This document shows, piece after piece, positions 1 to 11,015 of a stretch of DNA of 64,000 nt; within the stretch, counting starts at the first letter, position 1, and each line of letters opens with the position of its first letter. The DNA is taken from contig OZ296658.1 of NCBI GenBank assembly GCA_965655095.1, positions 75,020,001 through 75,084,000 on the forward strand, given 5' to 3'. The notes under the pieces were generated by a model. It made no database searches and was not told the DNA's origin. It was given only the letters and a program-made list of their open reading frames with translations. This DNA comes from Haplodiscus bocki. Its lineage: Eukaryota. The position numbers and the translations under genes are program-made.

Positions 1-3000
1 AAACACTTTTTGAATCTATTCGACCCAGTTTTCACATCTTTTGGAGCTTCTAGTCATTTGCATCTTAGAGGAATTAGGTCAGATTTCTTGGTTCCAACGT
101 CTTCATTGCGGAAGTTTCTAATTGCAACAACTGTGCGTGTAGACGAAGAAGAAGGATTGGTTGTTCACGCTTGCCCCATGCACTCGAAGGGGTCGTCTGT
201 GCAATACCTTCATCCTCCATCGCATCTTGTCCTGTCAAGAACTGCGTTAATTCACGATGAACGTTTGAGTATGGTGGCACCAACAATTTCGTGGATAACA
301 AACATTAAAGCAAATTTCGCCAGTCATACCTACCAGTTATTGAAAAGTGTTGGCTCTTATAGTGGAATGAGTACAGTTCAGTTGCGGCGGAGAACGCGTT
401 GGGACATCACCAGCGATATCTTGTACCACGCTGAAGGCCTCGCTTGCCGTTTTCGAGAAGAAGTTAAAACGAAGATTCGTGAATGGGTGAGAGAAGGTAA
501 AATCGTTGAAGATGTCGCTTTGGGGATTCTTGACTAACCTGCACAGATTGAGAACATTTCAGACTGTTTGTTGCCTGCCCTTTCTACAGATTTGGAGACT
601 TGTGTAGAATTAGCTAAAGTTCTAGATAAAAATGATAAAGACTATTTAAACAACGTGGAAGCTTTGAGCTGTTATTCCTTCGACCACGGAACCTGCGAGT
701 ATGGTTGTTCGCCCCCTCCTCTGAATTGTAAAGGCAGCAATGTTTTTTGGCTTGTACAAGCTGCACTGTGTCTGTCACCGTTGATGTGTCGTTCTTTGGT
801 AACATCAGGTAAGTATTCTGTGACCTTGAAGCCTTTGATATCTTTGCTGAGGAATGTCTTTATTACTTCAAAGGCAATGAAAAAAACCAGCAATACCCTA
901 CTTCTACAGCGCTCGGAAGAAGCAATAAAGACCTTGCTAGAGAAAAACCGAACTGAAGAGCAGTTAAAAGGTGTGAAGTACTGTTGTTGGCATCTCGCAG
1001 CACAGTTTTTGGCAACTGTGTCTGAGATTTTTTGCCACATCCCCTCAACGAATCGAAAAAATATAACTTGTTATACAAATGTGCAACTTCCCGTTGAAAC
1101 AACTCACGCTATATTCACCACCAATTCTCCCAATAATTTGCGGAGCAAAAGCGAACCTCCGCTAAAGTTAGTTGTCAGCGATATCGGCTATGAACTGATT
1201 GCAGTCGGAGCAAAGGATGGAGGCCCGGCCGCAGAGCCAAGGTTGATGGTTCGACATGCAGGTGACTTCCAAAAGTTCTGGCTTTTGGAGAAAAGCTGCA
1301 GATACGCTAGGAAGATGACAGAATCTAGAACTGAGTCTTTGAGTTCAGGTCTTCGTGGATATTGGACGATAGCAATTTATGAGAAATCAAGAAATCTTGA
1401 ATTAGCTGATTGTAAATGGAACTTTCTGAGCACTTTGACGGGTCAAGGCGTCTTCATCTGTGAATCTCATGACGTTCCTTTGACAAGAGACTTCAGAAAG
1501 AGCAGTTTTCGTTGTAGATGCACCCGTGCTTCTTTTTTGCGTTGCCCTTATTCCCAATGTAACAGTTGCGTATGCAAGCGTCACTTCAACGAAGGTCTAC
1601 AGAGTCCGAATAGGCGTGTTCTTGTTGATCCAATGCCGATGTCGAAAAAGAGGGGAAATACGCAATTCTCACCTGTTAATTCAGAGTCGTCTACCATGCA
1701 GGTTGTATCAGAAACATCATCTATTGTAGAGTCAATCGAATCAAGCGAGCCTGATGCAGCAGCAATTGCCTTTGGTAGGGTGTCCAACAACAATCTTTCT
1801 GTTGTTGGGGATTTCTCTTTCGAAGTTGACAACCATGAACCTCTTGAAGACAGCATGAATGTATTGGCTAGTCTCCAAACTTGCCCTGATAAAAAAGTTC
1901 TTTTCATTGATCCACACCGAAATGAAGATATTTTCAAACTGCCACTTCAAATTCTGCTCAATTCTCAATGCAACCTTTTGTACCGGCATAAAGGGAGTCC
2001 AATCAGTTTCTCGCTGAAAGAAAAACGTTTTTTAGAAAACATTGCAGCAACTTCCACGACAGCACTGCCTCTAATTCAACCAGAAGCTCTTTTGTTTCCA
2101 TCAATTTTTTGGTGTCAAGCTAACAACGGTAGTTTTCATGGAGCAATACCAGCCGCGCTTTACAACAATTCCAAGTACAACAGACAACTGGGTTTTGCTG
2201 GTTTGGAAGACATGCTTCGTACGAGAATCAAAGATGGTTCGCTGTTGACATCATGCAATCCAACTTATTTGCAGTATGTGTTTGACAGCCTTTTGAACAT
2301 GCAGCTTCACAAAACTGATGTTAGATTGGTTTTAAATCGGGGATTGCAGGAAGTGAGTTCTGGCCCTACAAATTGTTCATTTGTTTCAACGCAAACGTTC
2401 AAGTTTGACTGTGCAGAAAGTCGTAAAAATGTTTGTGAACTCGCAGCTTTAATTCGAGATAAAAATCCAACGTACTTTTTGACATATACTTGCAGCCAAT
2501 CGACCCATCCTGGCGTTAGAAAAATTTTTCAAGCACTCTATGAAATGTACCCACCAGAAACTACAAAAAAGGAACTGCTTTCTGCCGCCATTCAAGCAGA
2601 ATTGATGCCAATGCTCAGGTGTTGGTATAGAGCTTCACAATACGTAATGAAGTGGGTGAAAAAGTCTCCAGAAAGACCACTGGGACCAGTATCCCACATT
2701 TGGATGCGGTATGAATGGCAGGAGGAGACAGCTGGGTTCCCTCATTTGCATGTGATACTTTGTATTCCAGAAGACAAGTTTTCTAATGAGGTGAGATCTG
2801 GAGTTTGCTGTTCAAAAGAAACTTTTTTGGGTGCATTAGAAAGCAGTTGCCCTCAATTAACGAAAGACAAAAGGTTGCATCTGGGTGAGTTATTCCAAAA
2901 GTATCAAATTCATAACTGTACCAACGGGCGTCAGCGGTGCCATAAAAAAAACAGATCGTCTCAATCAGCCAATTTGTCGTGTGCCAAGATATCCACCATC

Positions 3001-6000
3001 GAATGCATTTTCGTTCAAAGAAGTTCCCATTAACTTCTCTTCTGAAACAATGGACTTGTTACAAGCCATGGACTTAGCAGACATTGACGTTAACACGTTG
3101 TTGCCGAAGGTCAAAAACCCTCTAATTGCCGGGAAGCATCACTATCCCACTGTGTCTAACGAGCATTTCTCGCCAACCAATGCAGCTTTGTTTGCACTGA
3201 CACAATCAAGCACTAACGTTCAAATTTGCGACGATTACATGGCACCCCGTTACGTTGCGAAGTATGCAGCGGGCATTGAATCTCGAGCAGCAGCCACAAT
3301 TGTTGCAGGTCAGACAGAGAACAGTTTAAAGGTTCTGACAGATTCGATAGAACATGAGAAGATAGCAGGTGTTCAAGCTTGTTTGAAAAACTTGCGCCAG
3401 GAAGAAAAACGACAATCAGTAAAAGGTCGTATTGTCAGTATTACTGAATGTCTTTGGTGGTGCTTACAACTTCCTTATGTTTGCACAAATGTTGACTTTG
3501 TACATGTGCCTACAGTTCCCAAAGAATATCGTTCAGGAATTGTAATTGAGAAACGTTTTCAGAAGGCTCCGAACTTCAGCGCCACTTTCACTGATGGAGT
3601 CCGTGTGCGAAAAGAATTGTTGGAACTGCCAAAACTTCGACAATTTACAAAAAGTCAAACCCTCCTCCTTGCAGATGTTGAGAACAGTTTCATTTCTCCT
3701 GACAAGGTAACTGTTTTTGGACTGAGGCCGCCAGAACTTTTGTTCGTATCCCAGTTAAAAGACTACTACAGCTGGTTTGTGCGGTGCAAACCCAGAAGAA
3801 CAAACTGCCTTAGCAATCACGAGAAGTTCTTGAAAAAAAGTTTACGTAAAAGCTGCTGGGTTGATGCACTTGGATATTTGGTTAAACTGCGCCCATCTGC
3901 TGTTAACTCTTTCGTTAGTCTCTGTCAAGAAAAGTTTTGTGAAGAACGGAATCAGTTCCTGAAACGCGAAATGAGGAAACACATTGTTCCCATTCTTGAA
4001 AACAAGAACAGTTCTCAGTTCGTTGCTCATTGGAGAAACTTGTCAGAAGAAGAGGCCGTTGTTGTTTTCAGCAACACTCTACCGAATAACCCAACAAAGT
4101 TTTTACTTCATCTGTTACTGACCGTCGGGAAACTTGACACTGAGTTGGACATATTGAACGTCCAAAGTTTCAAAGAAGTTTTCATAAAATCGGGTATTTT
4201 GCTTAACTCAACCGTCACTGATGGCGAAGTGAAAGAAATAGCTGAGAAGTATTTGCTGGAACAGCTTCGCTTCATTCCAGGGTCATCTAAATTGATCGAC
4301 ACTTACTTGGTGATGGCCCATAGTGCCATATCGGAGGCGCTGTTAATAAATAATTTATTTTTTGCTGCTGCTTTACCACCTGTTCTCGACAAAAGCGTCC
4401 TGGAGGAATGCGAAGAAACAGTCACAATTCAACTGGCTATGGAAAAGTGTAAAATGATAGCTTTCCTTCAGACATGTCAGACTGAATTACCTGCAGAGCA
4501 AACGATGATCGACGCCACTTTCAATACTCCAGTGCCTTGGAAGCCACTTTTACAGAAGAGCTCGGATCAAAGTAAAAACTCATATTTAGAGCAGCGTCAA
4601 GTTTTGGACGAACTCATTAATTCAATAGACATGTATAACGGAGGACATTGCACTTTCATAAGACATCAGATTGTTTTCGGTCCACCGGGAAGCGGCAAAA
4701 CTTTTGTGATGCTGAAGTCCCTTGCTTACGCCTTATGCCAAGGATTGCATTGTGTGGTATCATCCATAGCAGCCGAAAGATCTGCTGCTTTAGCTCGAAA
4801 ACATCTAAATGCTTTGATACCATTTCCAGTTGAAAAATGTTGCTCTGCAGAATCACTTTCGAAGAAAACTCTGCCCAATTTACAACGATCTCCTATCAAA
4901 AGCCGAGTTTTACAGTACTTAGACGTAATTTTCGTTGAAGAACTTTCAATGATATCTAGCGAGCTTTGGGCAGCGACAGATCATGTTTTGCAAGTTGTCA
5001 CGGCAAATTATGTTCCTTTCGGCGGAAAACTCGTTGTCGCAACTGGTGACTTCTTTCAACTTCCCCCGCCCTCTGGATCTTACTTGATGAGTTCCTCTTT
5101 TCCTTTAACAACCTTTGCTTTCCACAATTTGAAAAATTTCGTCCGAATGCGGAACAAGAACGGCCAGGAACTGTTATCATTGTTATCAGCAACGCCTAAA
5201 ACAGATGCCAATGCAGAAAGAATTTGGAAAATTATGGAAAAAGATTGCAATTTTGTACAGTCGTGGAACGACGTGCCGAACGACAGAATTCGAATTTTTG
5301 CTACTAGACAAGCGGAACGAAAAGCAACCGAGAATAAAATCAATGAAGTTAAATGCAGCAGAACACAATTTTTTGAAAGTGCGTCCATCGACGAAATGTG
5401 CGTTTCGAGCACCGACAACTGGAGTGAGGCGACTGCAACAGCGTCGAAGTTCCTGAACAAAAAGTGCCTTGAGCCCCAATCACTTTTTCTATACCCCGGT
5501 GCTATTGTGCGATTAACTGTCAACAAACCATCCATATCAGCATATCAAGGTCAACTTTGCGTCCTCCTGACTTTGGATACCATTGAAAATGGTACCCTAA
5601 CAGTTGCTCTTGCTCCAGCTGGTTGCAGAAAGATCCCGCCACTCTCTGTGATCAGAAACAGTTGGAGGTGTGTTGTTATTGGCAAGGAAACCGGTGTAGC
5701 CTTCCGATTAAACCATAAAACAGTGTGCAGGAGGATACAGTATCGGTTAAAGCTTTTTGTTGCGTCCACCATTCACAAGACCATGGGCGAAACTCTGCCG
5801 ATGGTGGCGACGCAAATAGTGGGGTCACGAGATTTTGCTTTGTGGCTTCCTGAGCAGTTGTATGTGGTTATGAGCAGGGTAAGGAGTTTGAACCATGTGA
5901 CTTTTGTGGGCACGAAGGAGGAGAATAGAAGAGCAGTTTTAGACTTAGTCCGCAAAAAATCACAATGGGCTGAGCTGACTAATGAAATTCTGACAAAAAG

Positions 6001-6463
6001 TTCTGCGCGCGATCCCACAGTTTATCATGCCAAAGCATCGCCTTTTCCGCCATCAACTCGTGACCTACCTACCCAAAACTTGGGTTTCTGTTACTTGCTG
6101 CAGAGTGTCCCACAAAGTCAGCTGTTGTACATTGGCTCCACTATGTCCTTGGTGCGTCGTCTGAGGGAACACAATTCTGGGTTAGGTTCTAAGTTCACAA
6201 AAATTACAAATCGGTTGCCCTGGAAAGTTTGTGCCTATGTAACTGGGTTCAATTTAACCAATGCGTCTCATAGAGTCCGCGTATTTGAGAAAGAATGGCT
6301 GGATGCAGCATCGAACTGCGTTAATCTCAAAAAGAAAAATGTATCACTCTTCACAGCCATCAATTTAGGTGAAGACATCGCAAAAACTTGGCCGCACAAA
6401 GAAGACGGTTTAAAACTTATTGTATGTAGTGGTGAACCCACTGCCTGTTTAAAGCCATGGTGA
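1..6463 (+). pseudogene. ORF1 of L1: Rep/PIF1 helicase/GIY-YIG polyprotein, disrupted, start lies upstream of the window
   Basis: Pieces 10-537, 568-3033 and 2885-6463. TAA at 535-537 (TAT in other copies) and a +1 A in the run at ~2944-2951. Motifs YFLTYTC, PHLHVIL, YVAKY, GPPGSGKT and CYLL...YIG are present. Confidence 0.9.
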
Positions 6464-7315
6464 TCGCAATATCCATTCTGACAAGACTGTTGAAACCATT
6501 TTCGGTTGTGCACAATGTTTCTGCGTACGCGTTGGATCCCAACTGCTTCGACTGCATAGTGAAGCGTTGACAGAGTTCCCTTCCTATATTCTGTATAAAT
6601 TTGCATCGACTGCACAGTGTTGCGAATTTCAGCATAGGACTACTGACGAAAAATTTTCGGCTCGACTGACTGCTGCGACTGTAGATTGTCGCATTTTGAA
6701 ATGTCAGCTCGTATTGCTCCTTCAGTGACTTGATAATATGCACCAGATGAACTGTTTAGAATTTTTGTTCGTGTAGTTGGGTCAGCATTTTTGATTAGTT
6801 GAATTTTCTTGCTTAGTGTAGCTTTGAGTACGTATTAGACTTCAGTTGTGGAACATGTGCAATGAAAATATATTTTATTATCCTTTACTTTCTACAAGTT
6901 TTGTGGACAGAAAAAAAACCGATGTAATAATGGTGTATTCGAATGCATTGCTCACCTTTTTTTTCTATGGCCTTAAGTGTTACTGATCGACAAAGCGTGA
7001 TGCGTTGAACCGTAAGATAACTGTAATTGTAACATAACATTTCTGTGAATTAAACTCAGTGATGAAGAAGATTTGAGAACTCTGAATAATTGATGAACTT
7101 GTCATGCTTTTTTTGAAAAACAGGTTGCTTTACTTGAAGCAATAGCGCTATTTCACTGTATTAAATGCTTGAAACCGAAAAAACTTGCCTGTTGACTTTA
7201 ATGAACCTTAAAGGAAAATGCGTTCACAGAATCTTTAAAAAAAGTAGAAAGCATGGTTTTGAATATTCCAATTGTTCAGTTCTCAGGCAGCTTCAACCAC
7301 GTTTGATTTCAGACT

Positions 7316-8314
7316 ATGACAACTCAAGTCAACACCTCCCAAGTAACATCTCCAATTTTTTTGCGTCGAAGCGAAAATACGTTCGTCAGAGGTATCGTTC
7401 TAGTTACTAAGAAATACGACAAACCTTTGCAGTTGTTTAGACCGCAAAATATCAAAAACAAGAGAGGTGCCCTCGATACCACCTATGACCGATTAGTCAT
7501 ACTAGGCGAAATCATTTCAAAAGAATGCTTTACTGTGATTGCGGAGTCTGCACAGAAAATCCCTTTTTCGTTCGGCGACACTCTGTTAACAGTAGCGTCA
7601 ATTGTGGACGTAAAAGAACCTGTGTTCTCCAACTTTGTCTCGGCAATGACCGCAGTAATCCAATTTTCCATGTCTTTCTTCCTTTGGAAGTCGTGGTTAA
7701 CAATATTCCATTGTTGCCAATTCCCATAGATCTCCACCCATCAACGACAGCAATGTTTCACTTTTGCTTGCCAAACAGACCCATCACCTTCTTACAAGCA
7801 GGTGCTGTGGCTCCAACTTGCTCAGGCTTCATGTGTGACAGAGGAGAAAAACGAATTGACTCTGTATGCCCCTGTATACAGAAATCTCCTGTTTCAGCTT
7901 GGGTAATGTGCGCCCGAATTGTCAGTCGTGACATCGAAAATGAAGACGAAGACCCCCTCACGGGAGAAAAAATGCAAAGTGTTAACCTGACAAAAATATT
8001 TTGCAGCGAAGCAATTTTTAGAACTTCATATGCATCAATCGTTTCGCAACAACTGCGGAATGCTGTTAACCAGGTGTCCCAATTTGTAAATGAGAATGGA
8101 GGGTGGCAGGTATATGGATTTTACAAAAGTGGATCCACAATCGAAAATCGTACAACGTGTCCGCATTTGCAAAATTACGCCTGCAGTTGAAATGCCTTTT
8201 AACTTGAAGTACAACATTGTGCCATGCAACGCCAATATTGGCAATGAGCCCCCAGCTTTGCAACATGCGAATGCTAACATCGGTGCTCCTAACAATCCGA
8301 ACAACCTACGATAG
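7316..8314 (+). pseudogene. ORF2 of L1, frameshifted
   Basis: Pieces 7316-7729, 7525-8190 and 8090-8314 together match the intact 336-aa ORF2 of L2 and L4. Confidence 0.88.
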
Positions 8315-8394
8315 CTGATCTAGAGTGACTCTTCAGAAGACCGTTCTTTCTCAACCGCGTGAACTGCTTGCAGGTTTTCAAAACCAATCTCTCC

Positions 8395-8426
8395 TTTCGC
8401 AATCGACCGCAAGGTGGTTGCTGAAA
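8395..8426 (+). other. Conserved GNRA-capped stem-loop about 80 nt downstream of the ORF2 stop
   Basis: TTTCGCAATCGACC-GCAA-GGTGGTTGCTGAAA. The core is identical in L2 (~24189), L3 (~38917) and L4 (~55763). Function unknown. Confidence 0.4.
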
Positions 8427-9372
8427 AAAACATGCACAAAGTAACAAGTTTCGCGAAAAAAAGTCAACTGATAATGTTGTCCTCGTTCTTTCATACCAAA
8501 GTTTGTTCTCCTGCTTTTTTTCAATCTTGAAACCTATGCTTCAATTTTCTTGTTTATGATAAAGTTTAACTTTCCAGTACTTATCAGTACCGAAATGTTA
8601 ATTGTTGGTTTTTGTAGAACTGTAAACACTAATGTCAAATTAGTTGTTGTTGAACAATGGAAATTAGTTTGCAGCTGCCGACGACTTGTCTCTGTAAACT
8701 TTTGTTTTTCAGTAGTTTAGAACATTGTGCTAATTCGTGCTGCTTTTCAATGTGGTTTGTTGATTCGTGTACAAGTTTTGAACTTTTCATATTATGCAAT
8801 GAACTTCTTTCTTGTTTTGTTAAACCTAACTATCCGTTCATCACCGAACGTTTTGAACTTTGAAACGATGCCTTGTTCTTCTATCGGGCTAAGTGCAGAC
8901 TCTCAGTTTGTTGCTTGACGTCTGATACAGTGAACGTTTTGTAAAACAAGGAAAAGGAATAAAACTAGAAAGTGTTGTAATTTTCTCCAACGGAAGAATG
9001 GGAACAAACTTTCATACGAAATTTTAGAGAAGTTTTTTCTGAAGTCTATACATGTTCATTTGCTTCAATTAGGTTGTTTTCACAAAGTAACAGCTGGGAA
9101 CCTACTGCCTGCAAATTGACAACACTGATGCGAAACTTTTTGAGAAAGTTAAAACCCTTTCGCGGGTCAAATTTTGAAAGTATCCGTTGGGAAAAAATTT
9201 CCGTTTTCCTTCGCAGAAACTCATCAACCTTGAAGTTGTTTGTTAAAGGAACAGCTGCTTTCAGAAAATAGCCAGCCAAAATTTCTTGCCGACGTTCGCA
9301 GTGCGCTTGTTTAAGTGTCATAATCAAATTATACGGCAAATTTTGATTTTTTGTGATTTTTTTGTTTTTTTT

Positions 9373-9967
9373 TTCGAAAAATTCGTCATAACCGTCATTT
9401 GTTTCGGCACTTTGGCCAAAATTTTTTTATCGTCAAAAAATTATCTTTCAAGTTATGGAGTCAATTTCACAATGGAGCCGCTCCAGAACGCAAGCTATGT
9501 GCATCAATGTGGGAGATATGACGAAATGATCGTTTTTCGGCATTTTTTTTAAAATTCGTTCCGTCATATCTCCACACTTATGACGATTTGACAGAAAATT
9601 TTTCGCATGCGTAAAGGCCACAGTTAATGTGCTTCACACAAGAAGTTTCGACCAAATGCGTATGGATACTGCTGGAGGTGGCAGAAAAAAACCGCAAAAT
9701 TTTGCCAAAAATAGGAATCATTCCGTCATAAGTCCTTAAACAATTGACCTAGAATGATCTAACCGGCACCATTGTTCTTAGAATTGTAAAGTATGCCTGC
9801 ATACAAAGTTTGAACCAAATCGTATGGGTGGGAGCTGAGATCGCTATTTCTACACCCCCGTTTCCACAGATGTAAAACACTAACTAATACGGCTCGGCAA
9901 AGGGGCCCCTCCCCCGCCTCGCAAAGGCCTGATATGGGGCAAAAACCCCTGACCACCCAGTGGAGGC
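9373..9967 (+). repeat. ~600 bp terminal block shared by long and short units (7 copies)
   Basis: Homologous blocks begin TCGAAAANTTCGTCATAACCGTCATT at ~9373, 10421, 25152, 39896, 40939, 41987 and 56727. All end in TGACCACCCAGTGGAGGC. Confidence 0.92.
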
Positions 9968-9999
9968 ACCGGTGAAAATCACCAGGTGGCGGTCACTGG
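9901..9999 (+). other. Junction J1 (L1/S1): GC-rich hairpin cluster with invariant 18-mer; candidate terminus or origin
   Basis: AGGGGCCCCT palindrome, GGGG-CAAAAA-CCCC hairpin, TGACCACCCAGTGGAGGC, then GGTGA-AAA-TCACC hairpin. Equivalent 18-mers end at 11015, 25749, 40490, 41534, 42581 and 57320. Confidence 0.7.
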
Positions 10000-11015
10000 T
10001 TATGCCATTCTGACAATCGAACAAATTTGCTAGTCTTTTCTTTCAACACAGTAATGATTTGTGCAAATGCAGTTTTTATATATTGAAATTTGCATGTGAA
10101 ATCTTCACCGACATGGATGAGACATCGAAGATGAAGCTTGCAAACACTTTGGCCCCGTTGTTCCTCCGTGTCGCTTCGCTAATCTACGAAACAACGGGGC
10201 GAGGCAATAAACTTTTTGGCAATTGTTGTGAACTTTCACACAGAAATGCCTCAAAATAAATGATTTTTTTTTTCGAAGAATAACTTCTACTCCAAATTTT
10301 ACCCGGAGTTGAAGGATGTTTTGCTCTAAAGCAGTTTCCGAAAAGAAATTCGATCACAAAAACATCAGAAACGAATTCTACAATCAAAACCGAGTTTTTG
10401 GAAAAAAATTATTTTTTTTTCTCGAAAAGTTCGTCATAACCGTCATTTCTTTCGGCAAAATGGCCAAAAATTTTCTATCGTCGAAAAATTATCTTTCAAG
10501 TTATGGAGTCAATTTCATACTGCAGCCACTCCAGAGCGCAAGCGATGTACTTCAATGTGGGAGCTATGACAAAATGATCGATTTTCGGCACTTTTTCCCA
10601 ATTTTGATGCGTCATATCTCCACACTTATGACGAGTTGGTGGGAAATTTTTTGAATGTGTGTAGCTCTTAGTTATTCTGCTTCACACGAAAAGTTTTGGC
10701 CAAATGCTTGTGGTTAACTGCAGGGCTGTTGGAGAAAAACTGCAAAATGAGGGCAAAAAACAGAATCATCCCGTCATAATTCCCCAACTAATTTGGCTAG
10801 AATGATCTAACTTGCACCATTGTTCATGGAATTGTAAACTATGCCTGCATGCAAAGTTTCATCGAAATCGTATGGGTGGGAGCTGAGATCGCAAATTTCC
10901 TATACCGTATATGCGTATTTGTTATTTCTTATATTTTAACGCGAGGCAAAGGGGCCCCTCCCCCGCCTCGCTAGGACGTATGACGGGCGCAATCCCTTGA
11001 CCACCCAGTGGAGGC
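9968..11015 (+). mobile_element. Short non-coding module S1 (putative non-autonomous derivative, 1048 bp)
   Basis: Bounded by two junction 18-mers. Consists of a ~450 bp unique part plus the terminal block. Nearly identical to S3. Confidence 0.7.

Larger units (their letters stand above)
1..9967 (+). mobile_element. Long Helitron-like element L1 (5' truncated by the window)
   Basis: Carries a disrupted Rep-helicase-GIY-YIG ORF1, a disrupted ORF2 and the terminal block, ending in the junction 18-mer at 9950-9967. The boundary is placed by convention at the end of the 18-mer. Confidence 0.85.

Noticed and set aside
2941-2952. Programmed frameshift at the A-run in L1 (and at ~49375 in L4)
   Set aside because: Each is present in only one copy; a homopolymer indel or sequencing error is more likely.
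614-6018. Many short antisense and alternate-frame ORFs overlapping ORF1, repeated in each unit
   Set aside because: These are shadows of the long coding frame. They recur only because the DNA is repeated, and they have no recognisable motifs.
9901-10000. Self-cleaving ribozyme (HDV-like or hammerhead) or snRNA/SL RNA at the junction
   Set aside because: I could not fit the HDV nested pseudoknot or the hammerhead CUGANGA/GAAA core, and I saw no recognisable snRNA sequence. An Infernal scan would be needed to exclude this fully.
9286-10654. ORFs in the terminal block (9286-9552, 10316-10654, 25083-25541, 40883-41161)
   Set aside because: Starts, stops and frames vary among copies through T-run indels, and the translations are Phe-rich and low in complexity.
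9373-11015. Terminal blocks as LTRs or as a CRISPR-like array
   Set aside because: No reverse transcriptase, integrase, PBS or TG...CA ends were seen. The repeats are ~600 bp and the intervening parts are homologous to each other rather than unique spacers; there are no cas genes.
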